Shown here: positions 49,841-60,899 of the stretch, piece by piece
How the letters are laid out: each line of letters opens with the position of its first letter
Position numbering within the stretch: the stretch's first letter is position 1
NCBI GenBank assembly: GCA_964400145.1
Contig: CAYNTF010000001.1
Span: 127,943-191,942, forward strand
Source: an uncultured Lachnospiraceae bacterium
GTDB taxonomy: Bacteria > Bacillota > Clostridia > Christensenellales > UBA1242
DNA: 64,000 bases
Direction: 5' to 3'
Position numbers and translations under genes: made by a program
The notes under the pieces: generated by a model
Seen by the model: the letters and a program-made list of their open reading frames with translations, nothing else
Databases searched by the model: none
What the model was told of the DNA's origin: nothing

Positions 49841-50716
49841 TCAAAATTTAGAAAGATAAATTTCTTTCATTGTCACACTATCTTCTGCCATTGTTCCGTT
49901 GCTCTCGCAAATCACATGGCAAGACATATCATTTTTCACAAGAACATCGCAAAGCGGTTCAAAATTTGGACCATAAAATTGGTCGTCAAAAGTCAAATGT
50001 CGAATTTCACCTTTTGGTCCATATTGAATTTTTGAGAAGTGTATGTGCGCATTTTTCGTTCGCTCTTCGCCCAACTTTTCGAAAGAATAATCAAAAATTC
50101 GTTGAAAATCTTCTTGAACTTTCAGTGTTCCTTGCGTCAGCGCATTGATATGTCCAAAATCAAATGTCGGCAAAAGTTTTGGCGAAATTGTGCACAAATC
50201 AATGATTTCTTTCCAAGTGCCAATTTGCATCTGCTTGCCCATTGTTTCTGGACAAAGGAACATATCATCATCAAGTTCCGCTTCAAAAAGTGGCATAAAT
50301 TCCTTGAAGCGCTCGGTCATCAAAGCAATCGCCTTTTCGCGTGGCTCTTTTCCGCATGAGCCAGAATGAAAAATAAACCTTTTCGCACCAAATGCCTTCA
50401 AAAATTTAATTCCCGTCGTGACATAGCCCAAAGATTTTTCATACATCAATGGGTCAGGATTGGCAAAATTGATGAAGTATGGTGCGTGCACCGACATTTC
50501 AATCCCAAAATCAGCGAACGCCTTCCCAATGCTTTCCGCTTTTTCTGCGCTCATGCGATAGCCTTGACCAAAACTATACTCAAAAAGTTCAAGCCCACCT
50601 TTGAATTTGTCCGCACCCTGTTTTGATAACCATTCGGGCGTTTCAAGCGTAGACTTGTGCCCTTCATTATAGAACGACTCACTGTTTCCCGCTGGTCCAA
50701 ACAAAATTTTTCCCAT
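49841..50716 (-). CDS. Endonuclease IV-like TIM-barrel protein
   Basis: FGPAG, SVHAPYFIN, FHSG, PETMGK, DFGH, HIHFS, ICES. Confidence 0.85.
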   Translation of the reverse strand: MGKILFGPAGNSESFYNEGHKSTLETPEWLSKQGADKFKGGLELFEYSFGQGYRMSAEKAESIGKAFADFGIEMSVHAPYFINFANPDPLMYEKSLGYVTTGIKFLKAFGAKRFIFHSGSCGKEPREKAIALMTERFKEFMPLFEAELDDDMFLCPETMGKQMQIGTWKEIIDLCTISPKLLPTFDFGHINALTQGTLKVQEDFQRIFDYSFEKLGEERTKNAHIHFSKIQYGPKGEIRHLTFDDQFYGPNFEPLCDVLVKNDMSCHVICESNGTMAEDSVTMKEIYLSKF

Positions 50717-50759
50717 ACAATCTCCTCAAACCGATTCAACCTTATTTCTATAAAATTTG

Positions 50760-51644
50760 TCACATCAATCTCAAAGTGAGTTTCAAATTCTTTCCTTTCA
50801 CTTCTCCAAGTCCCAAAAATTTTTCACCATAAATTTTGTATATTCCATCTTCAAAAGAACAATCGTCAAAAGTCAAAATTTGACCATTCAACAACTTTTC
50901 AGCGTCATTTGAAGAGAGTTTGATTTCTTCAAATTCCAACACCTTTTCAGTTGGAATGATGGTGATTTTTCCATTTTTTATTTCTTCCAAATTGTTTGCA
51001 TCTTCAAGTTTAAAACTGCCACATCTTGTGCGTAGTATGCAGTGCATAATACCATATGTTGACAATTTTTCCGCCATATCTCTTGCAATGCAACGGATGT
51101 ATGTTCCACTTGAACAGGAAATTGAAAACTTAAAAACATTCTCTTTCAGTTCTTGCAAAACTTTTATGTCATAGATTTCAATCTCTTTCGGTTGAAGTTC
51201 AACGACTCGACCTTTTCGCGCTTCTTTATACGCCACTTTCCCGCCTACTTTTTTTGCAGAATATTGTGGTGGCATTTGCGCATACCTGCCAATCATTTCA
51301 CTTGCAACTTTCTCGACTTGCGACTTTGTGACATGGCATGCCTTTGTCTTTGTCACCTCCCCCGACAAATCAAGAGTGTCAGTTTCAACTCCAAATTCAA
51401 ACACCGTTTCATATGTTTTGTCTTTGTCCAAGAAAAAGTCAAAAAGTTTGGTTGCACTGTTCACAGTGACCGGCAAAAGCCCTTCACCTTCCAAATCTAG
51501 TGTTCCAAGGTGTCCACATTTTTTTGCGCCCAAAGCATATTTGACAATGTTGACCACTTTGTTTGACGATATACCTGCGGGCTTATTCACAAGCACAATT
51601 CCTGATTTTGTGAAAGAGCCTTTCGCAATCGCCATATCAATCAT
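50760..51644 (-). CDS. truB: tRNA pseudouridine(55) synthase
   Basis: NKPAG, GHLGTLD, TDTLD, PPQYSA, SSGTYIR. Confidence 0.93.
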   Translation of the reverse strand: MIDMAIAKGSFTKSGIVLVNKPAGISSNKVVNIVKYALGAKKCGHLGTLDLEGEGLLPVTVNSATKLFDFFLDKDKTYETVFEFGVETDTLDLSGEVTKTKACHVTKSQVEKVASEMIGRYAQMPPQYSAKKVGGKVAYKEARKGRVVELQPKEIEIYDIKVLQELKENVFKFSISCSSGTYIRCIARDMAEKLSTYGIMHCILRTRCGSFKLEDANNLEEIKNGKITIIPTEKVLEFEEIKLSSNDAEKLLNGQILTFDDCSFEDGIYKIYGEKFLGLGEVKGKNLKLTLRLM

Positions 51645-52602
51645 TGAAAATCTCCTTTGCCCACACCGGAATATATTTTTCCACTTCATTAGGTCGGCAC
51701 TTAATCTCAAAACCAGCCGCGCATTTATGTCCGCCACCGCCCTTTGATTGAGCAATCTCAGCAACATCTTTTCCGCAAGAGCGCATGCTTATTTTGAAAA
51801 TCCCCTTTTCGCGTTCATAGCAAAAAAAGGACACTTCAACATCTTTTATGGTGGTGATTTCGTTGCTAAACGATTTCACATCGTCCATGTCGAAACCAAA
51901 CTTTTGCATATCTTTTTGAGTGAAAATCACATATCCAATTTTTCCATTTTGCACAAACTTCAAATTATTCAAGAAATATTTATTAATTCTGATTTGGTCT
52001 TGCGTTATGTAACGATAAAGATAGTTATACACATGTTGAATTTTTGCGCCACAATCCTGCAAGAAAATTGCGTATTCAAAAACTTTTTTGTTCAAGTTGG
52101 TATGCAAAAATCTGTCTGTGTCGCCCATTAAGCCAGCGTATATATATGTTGCGCACTCAGAGGATGGCTTCAATTTCTCTTGATTGAACAATTCAATAAT
52201 CATTTGCGAACACGATGCCCAATCTTCAATCCAATAATTTTTGCTTGCCACCCCTTCCGCTTCGTTAATCAAGTGGTGGTCAAGAATGACAATATTTTTC
52301 GCCTTGTTCAATTCATTTTGAAAAATCTTTTCGGTTCGATTTATAGTGTGAATGTCTGTGAAAATGACCAAATCAAAATCGGAAGAAAGAAAGTCTTCGC
52401 GCGCTTCGTCAAGCGGAAAAATGTGATGCAGATATTTTGGTTTTGTTTTCTTGGCAAAAACAACAGCGTCTTTGCCTAACTCACGGCAAAACGCTCTCAA
52501 TCCAAACATAGAACCGCACGCGTCTGGGTCTGGATCGCGATGAGCAAAAATAGCAATCTTTTTGGCAGATTTAATCTTTTTTATAATCTCACTTTTATTC
52601 AT
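51637..52602 (-). CDS. nrnA: DHH-family nanoRNase/pAp phosphatase
   Basis: HRDPDPDA, DHH, GDT, SMRS, GGGH. Confidence 0.9.
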   Translation of the reverse strand: MNKSEIIKKIKSAKKIAIFAHRDPDPDACGSMFGLRAFCRELGKDAVVFAKKTKPKYLHHIFPLDEAREDFLSSDFDLVIFTDIHTINRTEKIFQNELNKAKNIVILDHHLINEAEGVASKNYWIEDWASCSQMIIELFNQEKLKPSSECATYIYAGLMGDTDRFLHTNLNKKVFEYAIFLQDCGAKIQHVYNYLYRYITQDQIRINKYFLNNLKFVQNGKIGYVIFTQKDMQKFGFDMDDVKSFSNEITTIKDVEVSFFCYEREKGIFKISMRSCGKDVAEIAQSKGGGGHKCAAGFEIKCRPNEVEKYIPVWAKEIFND

Positions 52603-52969
52603 TCTTATCTCCTTCCGATTCTTCCACTTTTGGAATGTTCAAATTGCGCAAAATTTCTTCCACTCTAATCTCATTTTCAGCACTTTTATCAACAACAAAG
52701 CGCAACCTTGGCACTTGTGGCATTGGCACCATGCTTGCAAGTTCGCGTTTTATGTATCCTTCGCTCTTTTGCAAAACTTTTGTGATTTTTTCAATGTCCA
52801 ACACATCCAAAACGCTGATTTTCACCTTGCAATTCCGAAAATCTGGCGAAGTATCCACATCCATTATGCTGACAATCTTGTTTAACCTTGGGTCATTCAT
52901 CTTGTCGTGAACAATCTCGCTCAGCGCCTTTTTTATCTCACTGTTGGCGCGCTCCATTCTTGTGCTCAT
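52595..52969 (-). CDS. rbfA: Ribosome-binding factor A
   Basis: RMER, DPRL, SPDF, VPRLRFVVDKS; follows infB. Confidence 0.93.
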   Translation of the reverse strand: MSTRMERANSEIKKALSEIVHDKMNDPRLNKIVSIMDVDTSPDFRNCKVKISVLDVLDIEKITKVLQKSEGYIKRELASMVPMPQVPRLRFVVDKSAENEIRVEEILRNLNIPKVEESEGDKNE

Positions 52970-53007
52970 AAAAAATCCTCCCATAAGAAGAAAGGGGCGA
53001 AAACCCC

Positions 53008-55458
53008 TTACTCAACTTTTATTTCTTTTTTCAAATAACATTCCAAAATGTCGCCTTCTTGGAAGTTGATGTTGTCTTTAAGTTTAATTCCGCACTCAAA
53101 GCTCTTGGCAACTTCGCTCTTTTCGTCTTTAACAATTTTCAAACTGTCAATAGTGCTTTGACCAATAACTTCGTTTCCACGCTTAATCTTTGCAATTCCA
53201 TTTCTTTGAATTTTTCCGTCAAGCACATAAGACCCTGCAACAAGTCCCGCCGACGACAGTTTGAAAACAACACGAATTTCTGCGCTTCCAATATATTGCT
53301 CTTCAAACTTGACCGCCATCATGCCCTTTGACAGACGAGTGATTTGGTCAATAACTTCATAGATTATCTTTGACTCAATAAGTTGAACTTTCAAACTGTC
53401 AACCATTTGCATAATCTTGTTTGGTGTTTTCAAATTGAAAGCAACAAGCACCGCCCCTGTTGTTTGGGCAAGAATGACATCACTTTCGGTTATACTGCCC
53501 GCTCCACTGTGGATGCAAACCACTTTCACTTCATCATTTCTGATTGCTTCAAGCGAATTTTTAAGTGCTTCAACCGAGCCCTGAGTGTCCGCTTTCAAAA
53601 TTATATTCAAACTCTTTAACTGCCCTTCGTGAACACGGCTCATAAAATCATCTGCGCTTACGCCAGAAGTGTGTCTTGCGCGTTCCGCTTTGATTTTGTT
53701 TATTCTCTCATTGATGACCTGCTTGGAAAGTTTTTCTTCAACCGCATAGACAGCGTCACCAGAATTTGGCACATCATTAAAGCCCATAACAGCAACAGGA
53801 GTTGACGGCAACGCTTTTTTCACCGATTTGCCGTTATCATCGAACATTGCTTTCACCTTACCGAATGTTATCCCCGACATTATGGAATCGCCCACTTTGA
53901 GAGTTCCATTTTGAACAAGGATTGTTGCCACTGGTCCGCGAGTTTTGTCGAGTTCAGCCTCAATGATTGTTCCGGTTGCCATTTTGTTTGGATTTGCTTT
54001 GAGTTCTTCAATTTCAGCGACAAGCAAAATTGTCTGTTTCAAGTCGTCAAGCCCCATTCCTGTCTTGGCAGAGATAGGCACACAAATGGCATCACCGCCC
54101 CACTCTTCTGGAAGAACATCATGTTCTGCCAACTGCTGTTTAACTCTGTCTGGATTTGCTTCTGGCTTATCCATTTTGTTGATTGCCACAATCATCGGCA
54201 CTTTTGACGCCTTGATATGATTGATGGCCTCGATTGTTTGAGGCATAACTCCGTCGTCTGCTGCCACCACCAAAATGGCGATATCTGTGATTTCCGCACC
54301 GCGTGCACGCATAGCCGTGAAAGCAGCATGCCCCGGTGTGTCAATGAAAGTGATTTTCTCACCATTGAACGAAATTTGATAAGCGCCAATTTTTTGAGTG
54401 ATACCACCCGCTTCACCAAGCACAACATTGGTCTTGCGGAAAGCGTCAAGAAGGGAAGTTTTACCATGGTCGACATGCCCCATAACTGTCACCACAGGTG
54501 GACGCTTAACCAAATCTTTTTCGTCATCATTTTCGTTCGAAACATCCAAAAGTTTTTCTTCATAGGTTTTGTCAAGTTTAAGTTCAAGCGTAACGCCAAA
54601 CTCACTTGCCACAAGTTCGCATGTATCAAAATCTATGGCGCTGTTTATTGTTGCCATAATTCCCAAAATCATCAATTTTTTGACAATTTCAGCAACAGGC
54701 TTGCCAATTTTTTCTGACAATTCTTTCACAGTGATTTCACGACTGTTAAGCACCGCATGAGTGACCTGAGTCGCCACAACTCTTGGTGTTTCTTTGCGCT
54801 TGCGAATAAGTTTTCTCGAACCCATTGTGGTTTCTTCAATGCCTTCATCGTCCATAACAAGAATGTTGTTTTGCTTGTATTGTCCTGCCCTTTGCTTTGC
54901 ACTGATTTTCTTGTTTTCATCGACATTTCTTCGTTCTTTATTCTTGTTTCCGTAACTTCGCTCTGGTGTTGAAATGATGTTTTCTGTCGCACCAGAGAAA
55001 GATTTGAAGTTGTTGGCTTTTGTGGAAACAAAATTCCCAGACTTTTTCTGTCCGCCAAAATTTGGTTGTCCTTGTTTGACGCCAACATTGTTATTTTTAA
55101 ATTTTCCAGCGTTTTGAACATTTCGATTGTTTTTGTCGTTCTTATTAGGTTCAAACTTGCGGAAATTGTTATTTGTGTTGTTTCCTTGCGAAAAGATTTG
55201 TTTTTTAACTTCTGACGGCTTGCTCTCTTGCGTGACAGCAACCTTTTTCTGCTCGTCAGCCGAAACATTTGCGCTCTTGGCAGAAGCCATTTGTTTTTCT
55301 TGTTCCAATTTCTTTCGAAGAATTGTTTTTTGTTCTTGAATTTTCTTGGAAAAATTATCCACTTCAACTTTTGCGTCTTTTATGGACAATAATAAATTCT
55401 GCAAAGAGCCATCTCTTTGTATGTCATTTATAGACTTTAACGCGTTTAATTGTGCCAA
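53008..55458 (-). CDS. infB: Translation initiation factor IF-2
   Basis: [32 protein letters not shown]. Confidence 0.98.
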   Translation of the reverse strand: MAQLNALKSINDIQRDGSLQNLLLSIKDAKVEVDNFSKKIQEQKTILRKKLEQEKQMASAKSANVSADEQKKVAVTQESKPSEVKKQIFSQGNNTNNNFRKFEPNKNDKNNRNVQNAGKFKNNNVGVKQGQPNFGGQKKSGNFVSTKANNFKSFSGATENIISTPERSYGNKNKERRNVDENKKISAKQRAGQYKQNNILVMDDEGIEETTMGSRKLIRKRKETPRVVATQVTHAVLNSREITVKELSEKIGKPVAEIVKKLMILGIMATINSAIDFDTCELVASEFGVTLELKLDKTYEEKLLDVSNENDDEKDLVKRPPVVTVMGHVDHGKTSLLDAFRKTNVVLGEAGGITQKIGAYQISFNGEKITFIDTPGHAAFTAMRARGAEITDIAILVVAADDGVMPQTIEAINHIKASKVPMIVAINKMDKPEANPDRVKQQLAEHDVLPEEWGGDAICVPISAKTGMGLDDLKQTILLVAEIEELKANPNKMATGTIIEAELDKTRGPVATILVQNGTLKVGDSIMSGITFGKVKAMFDDNGKSVKKALPSTPVAVMGFNDVPNSGDAVYAVEEKLSKQVINERINKIKAERARHTSGVSADDFMSRVHEGQLKSLNIILKADTQGSVEALKNSLEAIRNDEVKVVCIHSGAGSITESDVILAQTTGAVLVAFNLKTPNKIMQMVDSLKVQLIESKIIYEVIDQITRLSKGMMAVKFEEQYIGSAEIRVVFKLSSAGLVAGSYVLDGKIQRNGIAKIKRGNEVIGQSTIDSLKIVKDEKSEVAKSFECGIKLKDNINFQEGDILECYLKKEIKVE

Positions 55459-55459
55459 A

Positions 55460-55747
55460 CTATTCTCCTTTTAAACTTTTTTCAATCTCTTCGCTAAGAT
55501 TTTTGTTTCTTATGCCAATAACTTTGCAATTATCAATTTTCAAAATTTCATCCAACTTTTCCACCCTAACAAGCGGAATATTTTTTTTCGTCGCAAGGAA
55601 AGTCATCTCTCTTTCAAGCGATTTGCCAGCCGATTTATCCAGCACCAAAAGGTATAATTTTTTTTCATAGCCCGAAAGATTTTCCTGTCCAATAATGACA
55701 TATCCTGCCTTTCGCGCTATTGAAATCAACCCCTTAAAATCACTCAA
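55460..55747 (-). CDS. L7Ae/YlxQ family RNA-binding protein
   Basis: GLISIARKAG; TTG start overlapping the ylxR stop, with GGAG RBS. Confidence 0.8.
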   Translation of the reverse strand: MSDFKGLISIARKAGYVIIGQENLSGYEKKLYLLVLDKSAGKSLEREMTFLATKKNIPLVRVEKLDEILKIDNCKVIGIRNKNLSEEIEKSLKGE

Positions 55748-56001
55748 ATTTCTTCTCCTATTTTTTGATAAACTTCTTGCGGAACATTGCACTTGAATGC
55801 ACGATTCAGCGATTTTTGCTTGCACATTTTTTGATAGCACTCTTGTGTCTTGCAAACATAAGCCCCGCGCCCGTTTGCCTTTCCTGTCTTGTCAACAAAG
55901 ATGTCGCCGTCCTTGTTTTTAACAATTCTGAGCAGTTCTTTTTTCTCGCTTTGCTCTCGGCAAACTACACACATACGAATTTTGATAGGTTTGTTTTCCA
56001 T
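55744..56001 (-). CDS. ylxR: YlxR (DUF448) RNA-binding protein
   Basis: RMCVVC, LLRIV, GRGAYVC. Confidence 0.93.
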   Translation of the reverse strand: MENKPIKIRMCVVCREQSEKKELLRIVKNKDGDIFVDKTGKANGRGAYVCKTQECYQKMCKQKSLNRAFKCNVPQEVYQKIGEEI

Positions 56002-56003
56002 TT

Positions 56004-57176
56004 CTATTCCTTATCGTCAAAATCTTGCAAATCGTCAAACGATTCCAACTCTTCCAAATCTCCCATATCAAAAGAAGTGTCGTCGGAGAGTTCTGTCAAC
56101 TCATATTCAGGTTCTTCCATCTGAGTGCTTGCAGGTTTGAGATAACTTTCTGGTTTAACATCAATTTTCCAACCTGTCAAACGCGCTGCCAATCGAACAT
56201 TTTGCCCATTTTTACCAATCGCGAGTGACAATTTGTCGTCTGGAACGATAACTTGACTCATATTCAGACTGTCGTTGGTTTCCACAGAAAGCACCTTTGC
56301 AGGAGAAAGCGCCCGAGCAATATATTCAAGTGGGTCAGTGGAATATTCCACAAGGTCGATTTTTTCGCCGTTCAATTCATTCACAATCGTATTTATTCTG
56401 CTTCCACGATTTCCCACACAAGCGCCAATCGCATCAACATTTTGTTTTTCTGTCGTCACTGCAACCTTTGAACGATTGCCAGGGTCGCGCGCAATGTTTT
56501 TGATGATCACATCGCCATTTGCAACTTCTGGAATTTCCAATTCAAACAACTTTCGAACAAAACCGATATTGCTTCTGGAAACTTGAATTTGTGGACCTTT
56601 GAAAGAATCTTTGATTTTCTTCACATAAACCTTCACTCTGTCGCCAACATTGAATTTGTCGCCTGGAATTTGGTCGTTTTTCATCATCACGCCTTCGGTG
56701 TTGGAACCAGCAATTTGAACATAGACCGTGTCACCGTCAACGCGCTTAACAATCGTGGTGAGAAGTTCGTCTTCTTTTTCAGCAAGTTCACTTATTGCTG
56801 TTTGGCGTTCCATTTCGCGAAGTTTTTGCATAACAACTTGCTTTGCAGTTTGTGCCGCAATACGCCCAAAATCTTTTGTTGATTCTTCCACAGCAACAAT
56901 GTCGCCAACTTTATATGACTTTTTCTGTTTTCTTGCTTCTTCAAGCGAGATTTCCTTATCCAAATCTTCTGGCTCTTCCACAACAGTTTTGTAGGAATAA
57001 ATTCTGATTGTGTTGCGTTCTGGATAGAGTTTCACCATTGCCGACTTGGCTTCGCCATACATCTTTTTGTATGCCGAAGTGAGTGCCGTTTCCAAAGTTT
57101 GAATGAAAGTTTCTTTATCAATTTTCTTTTCTGCTTCAAGGTCGTCAAGCGCCTTAAAAAAATCTTTATTAACCAT
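56004..57176 (-). CDS. nusA: Transcription factor NusA
   Basis: [35 protein letters not shown]. Confidence 0.97.
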   Translation of the reverse strand: MVNKDFFKALDDLEAEKKIDKETFIQTLETALTSAYKKMYGEAKSAMVKLYPERNTIRIYSYKTVVEEPEDLDKEISLEEARKQKKSYKVGDIVAVEESTKDFGRIAAQTAKQVVMQKLREMERQTAISELAEKEDELLTTIVKRVDGDTVYVQIAGSNTEGVMMKNDQIPGDKFNVGDRVKVYVKKIKDSFKGPQIQVSRSNIGFVRKLFELEIPEVANGDVIIKNIARDPGNRSKVAVTTEKQNVDAIGACVGNRGSRINTIVNELNGEKIDLVEYSTDPLEYIARALSPAKVLSVETNDSLNMSQVIVPDDKLSLAIGKNGQNVRLAARLTGWKIDVKPESYLKPASTQMEEPEYELTELSDDTSFDMGDLEELESFDDLQDFDDKE

Positions 57177-57319
57177 TTTTTCTCCTTATTTTTCCTTTTT
57201 AAATTTTTCGCTGTTTTGATTTTTTGTTATTTTAAATTTTCGCAAATTATGCAAGTTTGTTCTTTTCCAAAAATTTTGTTTTTAAGTGAATTTCAAGTCA
57301 CTATCATTTCAAAATTCGC

Positions 57320-57778
57320 TCAAACCCTGATCACAAGTTTGATTGAACCAATCTTTTCTCTTTCAAAAGAAAGTGTTTCTTCTCCAATCTTTATGACAAC
57401 ATTTTTTTCATCAAAATTGTCCAAGATGCCTTCAAACTTTTTCTTTCCATTTTGCTTTGCAAAGAGTGTGAGTTCAACTTCTTTTCCAAGGTTGCGTTTC
57501 AAGTCGCGGTCTGTTTTGAGTGGTCTATCCAAACCCGGCGAAGAAACCACAAGTGTGTATGACTGGTCGTCAGTTGGATTGATTTCATCAAGAAGTGGGT
57601 CAATTTTTTTGCTGACAATTTCGCAATCATCAACGGTGACGCCATTATCTGAGTCAATAGTGAAAATCAAACTCATTCCACCGCCTTCTTTGACATATTC
57701 CACATCAACAAGTTCAAAGCCCATTTCTTCAATGGCTCCCTTCAATTTTTCTTCGCAAATCTGCTTAATTTTTGCCAT
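57320..57778 (-). CDS. rimP: Ribosome maturation factor RimP
   Basis: ELVDVEY, VDDCE, VSSPGLDRPL. Confidence 0.95.
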   Translation of the reverse strand: MAKIKQICEEKLKGAIEEMGFELVDVEYVKEGGGMSLIFTIDSDNGVTVDDCEIVSKKIDPLLDEINPTDDQSYTLVVSSPGLDRPLKTDRDLKRNLGKEVELTLFAKQNGKKKFEGILDNFDEKNVVIKIGEETLSFEREKIGSIKLVIRV

Positions 57779-57800
57779 AAATCCTCCCAAAATCTTCACT

Positions 57801-57878
57801 TAACACAAGGAGGAGGCAAGATTTGCCCCCTCCTCGTCAAGATGTAAATATTATAACCCAAACAACTCAAAAATGCAA
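57801..57878 (-). promoter_or_regulatory. rimP operon promoter and leader attenuator hairpin
   Basis: TTGCAT-N17-TATAAT, then GAGGAGGGGGCAA-ATC-TTGCCTCCTCC-TTGTGTT (weak U-tract) before the RBS. Confidence 0.7.
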
Positions 57879-58125
57879 GGGTTTTTTGCTAAAATTTCAA
57901 AAATCTTTGCATTTAAATTTGAAAAATTGTCAAAATCGACATTTTTTGCACCTTATTGTTGCGATAAACGCCAAAATGCCCAAAAACTGTTATATAAACA
58001 CCTATTTCCAAAATTATAAAACACTTTTGAAAACTTCACTCCAAGCGCTTCTTTCATCGCTTTTTTAAAACCAAATTTTAAGCCGAAAAATGTTGTCAGT
58101 TTTCAATTATTTGTGCGTATGCATT

Positions 58126-59658
58126 TCAAACTTCATTCAATTTCAAAAGAGCCTGTGCTGTGGCGAAAGCATCGTTCCAAGCACGGTGCGCGCCTTCATT
58201 TTTAAGCCCCAACACCCTGAGCACATTTGCCAAATTGAAGTGAGAAATTTTGAGCCTAGCCACGCGTGCTTCGTTTATCGTGTCAATAAGTTCGTTATCA
58301 AAAACAAGTCCAAGTCGCGCCCCTTCTCTTCTGATAAATTTGATATCAAAATTGATGACATTGTGCCCACTGAGCACACATCCGCGTGTAAATTCATAAA
58401 AGTCTTGAATTACAGGTTCGATTGGCGGTGCATTTTCCACCATCATGTCTGTTATACCCGTCAATTTCGTGATTTCGTAAGAAATTTTGTTTGTAGGCTT
58501 GACGAAAGTGGAAAATTTTTCAATTATGTTTCCATTATCAATCTTGACCGCACCAAGTTCAATAATCTCGTCGGAAGTTTCGTCCAGACCAGTGGTTTCA
58601 ATGTCGAATACCACGATTGTCCTTCCCATAATTTTTTTGCTGTATTTATTTTTCTTTTCAAACAAAGAATCTTGCTCCATGGCAGTGACTTTTTCCACAT
58701 TGACCACATGCCCCTGATTGACAATTTGCTTCTCTTGTTTTTCTTGTTCAATTTGACTTGCAAGCGCAATTTTTGTTACTTTAAGTTGCAACCTACCCGA
58801 GATTTTGTTTATAATCACATCGCCATTTATCAGCAAAAACATATAATCTTCCAACGCTTCCATGTTTTTTTCGTTTGCTTTTGAGCAAAAATAGATGCAA
58901 TCAAGTATGCATTTGCTGTCGTCTTGAATTTTGAAAGTGTAAAATGTCTTTGACTTTCCTGCATTTTTACCCTTCTTTTGAACAAATTCGTGGCGCTCCA
59001 AATTTCTGATATAACCCGCCACAATCACCGAAGATTTTTGCGATTTGATGTTTGAAAGATATTCAGGTTTTGGCGGAATATCTTTTCCGACCACTTCTTT
59101 GACGATTTGCACTTCATATCTTTTCGTGACTTTGTAAGTTGCCTTGATTGGCACATCGACGATTTCCACTTCGTCAACAATTTCAGCGTTTTCACGAAGT
59201 TTAACAACAAACTCTGTCAAAAAATTCTCTTTCAAAAATTTAGCCAACTGCACAGGAATTTTGTTTTCAACAAAATAGTTGTGCAATCTTGTGCTTAACT
59301 CCACTTCCACGATGACATCAATCGGTGTTATATCAATTTTGAAATTATCTTCTTTCAAATATGTCATTGCAAGTTTAAATTTGCTGTCCAAAAAGTTGAG
59401 AAGTGACTTCATAATCAACTTTTTTTCAACAAAAACGCGCATAAACTTGACTTTCAAGTTCAGTTGTTCCAAATTCAATTTATCTTTAAACCAATCAATT
59501 ATCTCTTGTTTTTCGTCCGTTTCAAGTTCCTTTTCAACGGATGGATAAAAGAAAGTGACAATCAATGTGTTTTCACTTTTTTTCACCACAACACTTTTAA
59601 GTTGCAATTTGGAATATTTTTCGCCAAATGCAAGTTTAAATTCTTGTTGAAAATTCAT
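58126..59658 (-). CDS. PolC-derived protein: N-terminal domain + OB fold + DEDDh 3'-5' exonuclease, without PHP or polymerase
   Basis: Occupies the polC slot (rseP..rimP); OB-like VIVAG..FYTFKIQD; exonuclease VFDIETTG, GHNVINFD, HRAWNDA; stops right after the exonuclease. Confidence 0.8.
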   Translation of the reverse strand: MNFQQEFKLAFGEKYSKLQLKSVVVKKSENTLIVTFFYPSVEKELETDEKQEIIDWFKDKLNLEQLNLKVKFMRVFVEKKLIMKSLLNFLDSKFKLAMTYLKEDNFKIDITPIDVIVEVELSTRLHNYFVENKIPVQLAKFLKENFLTEFVVKLRENAEIVDEVEIVDVPIKATYKVTKRYEVQIVKEVVGKDIPPKPEYLSNIKSQKSSVIVAGYIRNLERHEFVQKKGKNAGKSKTFYTFKIQDDSKCILDCIYFCSKANEKNMEALEDYMFLLINGDVIINKISGRLQLKVTKIALASQIEQEKQEKQIVNQGHVVNVEKVTAMEQDSLFEKKNKYSKKIMGRTIVVFDIETTGLDETSDEIIELGAVKIDNGNIIEKFSTFVKPTNKISYEITKLTGITDMMVENAPPIEPVIQDFYEFTRGCVLSGHNVINFDIKFIRREGARLGLVFDNELIDTINEARVARLKISHFNLANVLRVLGLKNEGAHRAWNDAFATAQALLKLNEV

Positions 59659-59725
59659 GATAATATTTTAATTTATGCCAAACAATTTGTCAAGCATAAT
59701 TTATACCATATTTTGGAATGTCCGT

Positions 59726-60847
59726 TTAGAGCACAAAATGAAGAATGTCCACAATTATGACGAACGCAAACAAAATGCAAATGCCGACAAAATGAATGAT
59801 GTTTTCCACTTTGCGATTTATCGGCTTGCCCCTTATCCATTCAATCAATGTGAACAACACATGCGCGCCATCGAGCGCTGGAAACGGCAAAATGTTGAAC
59901 ACTGCCAAATTCGCTGCAATCAATGGGATGAAGATGAGAATATATGACAGACTTTGCGACGCATATGTTGCCATGGTGGAAATCGTCGTGATTGTTCCGC
60001 CAACTTCACTGATTGGAATTTGGAAAGTGATAAGTTGCCACAGGCTCTTTATCACCACCCATGCAAACCCGAACGCCATTTCGAATGAGCGCCCAAGTCC
60101 TTCCCAAAAGCCATAGACATACGCCTGCGTGCAAGCGTCTTCATTCGTTCCACTTTCCAAACCCGTAAAAACGCTGATGCTCACCTTTTCGTCGTCATCA
60201 ATTTCCAGCACGGGATAGATGACAATTTCCAAAATCTCACTTTTGCCATCGCGTTTGACAGTCATTTCAAAAGTATATTTTTCCACACTGTCCAAATCGC
60301 CTGTCAGTTCATATTGCTCTTCATAATAATCTTTTGCCAGCGACCTTTGCTCGTTCACCATGGTGACATAATTCCCACCGAAAGCGAAATCAATTTTTTC
60401 TCCTTCAATGTGAGTGATGACATCACCCACTTGATACGGATTGGAATAAACTTCGCTAAATCTGACAATTTGTGGCACATCATAGCCGATTGTGCAAAGA
60501 AGAATCCAAGAAAAAATGATTGCCGTGATGAAATTTGCGGTCACGCCAGCAACAAAGACAATAATTCTCTTCCATGGTTTTTGGTTGTTGAATGCTTCTG
60601 GCGAATTTTCATTTCCGTCTTCGTCTTCGCCATAGAAAGAGCAGTATCCACCCAAAGGAAAGACACGCAAAGAAAACTTTTCACCCGTCTTTTTGCTTGT
60701 ATGCGAAAAAAGTGGAAACCCAAAGCCGACCGAAAATTCGGTTATTTTAAATTTCAAAATTTTTCCAGCAATATAGTGCCCAAATTCATGGATAAGCACC
60801 ATAAAAAGCAGAATGACAACCGCAAGCAAAATATACAGAACAATCAT
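59726..60847 (-). CDS. rseP: Site-2 (M50) zinc metalloprotease RseP/RasP
   Basis: HEFGH, FSVGFG, PLGGY, AGVTAN, NILPFPALDG. Confidence 0.93.
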   Translation of the reverse strand: MIVLYILLAVVILLFMVLIHEFGHYIAGKILKFKITEFSVGFGFPLFSHTSKKTGEKFSLRVFPLGGYCSFYGEDEDGNENSPEAFNNQKPWKRIIVFVAGVTANFITAIIFSWILLCTIGYDVPQIVRFSEVYSNPYQVGDVITHIEGEKIDFAFGGNYVTMVNEQRSLAKDYYEEQYELTGDLDSVEKYTFEMTVKRDGKSEILEIVIYPVLEIDDDEKVSISVFTGLESGTNEDACTQAYVYGFWEGLGRSFEMAFGFAWVVIKSLWQLITFQIPISEVGGTITTISTMATYASQSLSYILIFIPLIAANLAVFNILPFPALDGAHVLFTLIEWIRGKPINRKVENIIHFVGICILFAFVIIVDILHFVL

Positions 60848-60899
60848 AACAAGTCCTTAAAAACTAATCTCGGTCTTTTGTGTCGGTCTTTGGTGAAAA

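Noticed and set aside
51031-51053. GTAGTATGCAGTGCATAATAC inside truB resembling the repeat core
   Set aside because: Different centre length, no flanking 16-mer boxes, and it lies in a normal TruB coding motif; probably chance
54726-55367. Long alternative-frame and antisense ORFs (also 58090-58884, 29834-30523, 57099-57803, 60314-61030)
   Set aside because: Shadow frames of well-supported genes, without RBS or motifs
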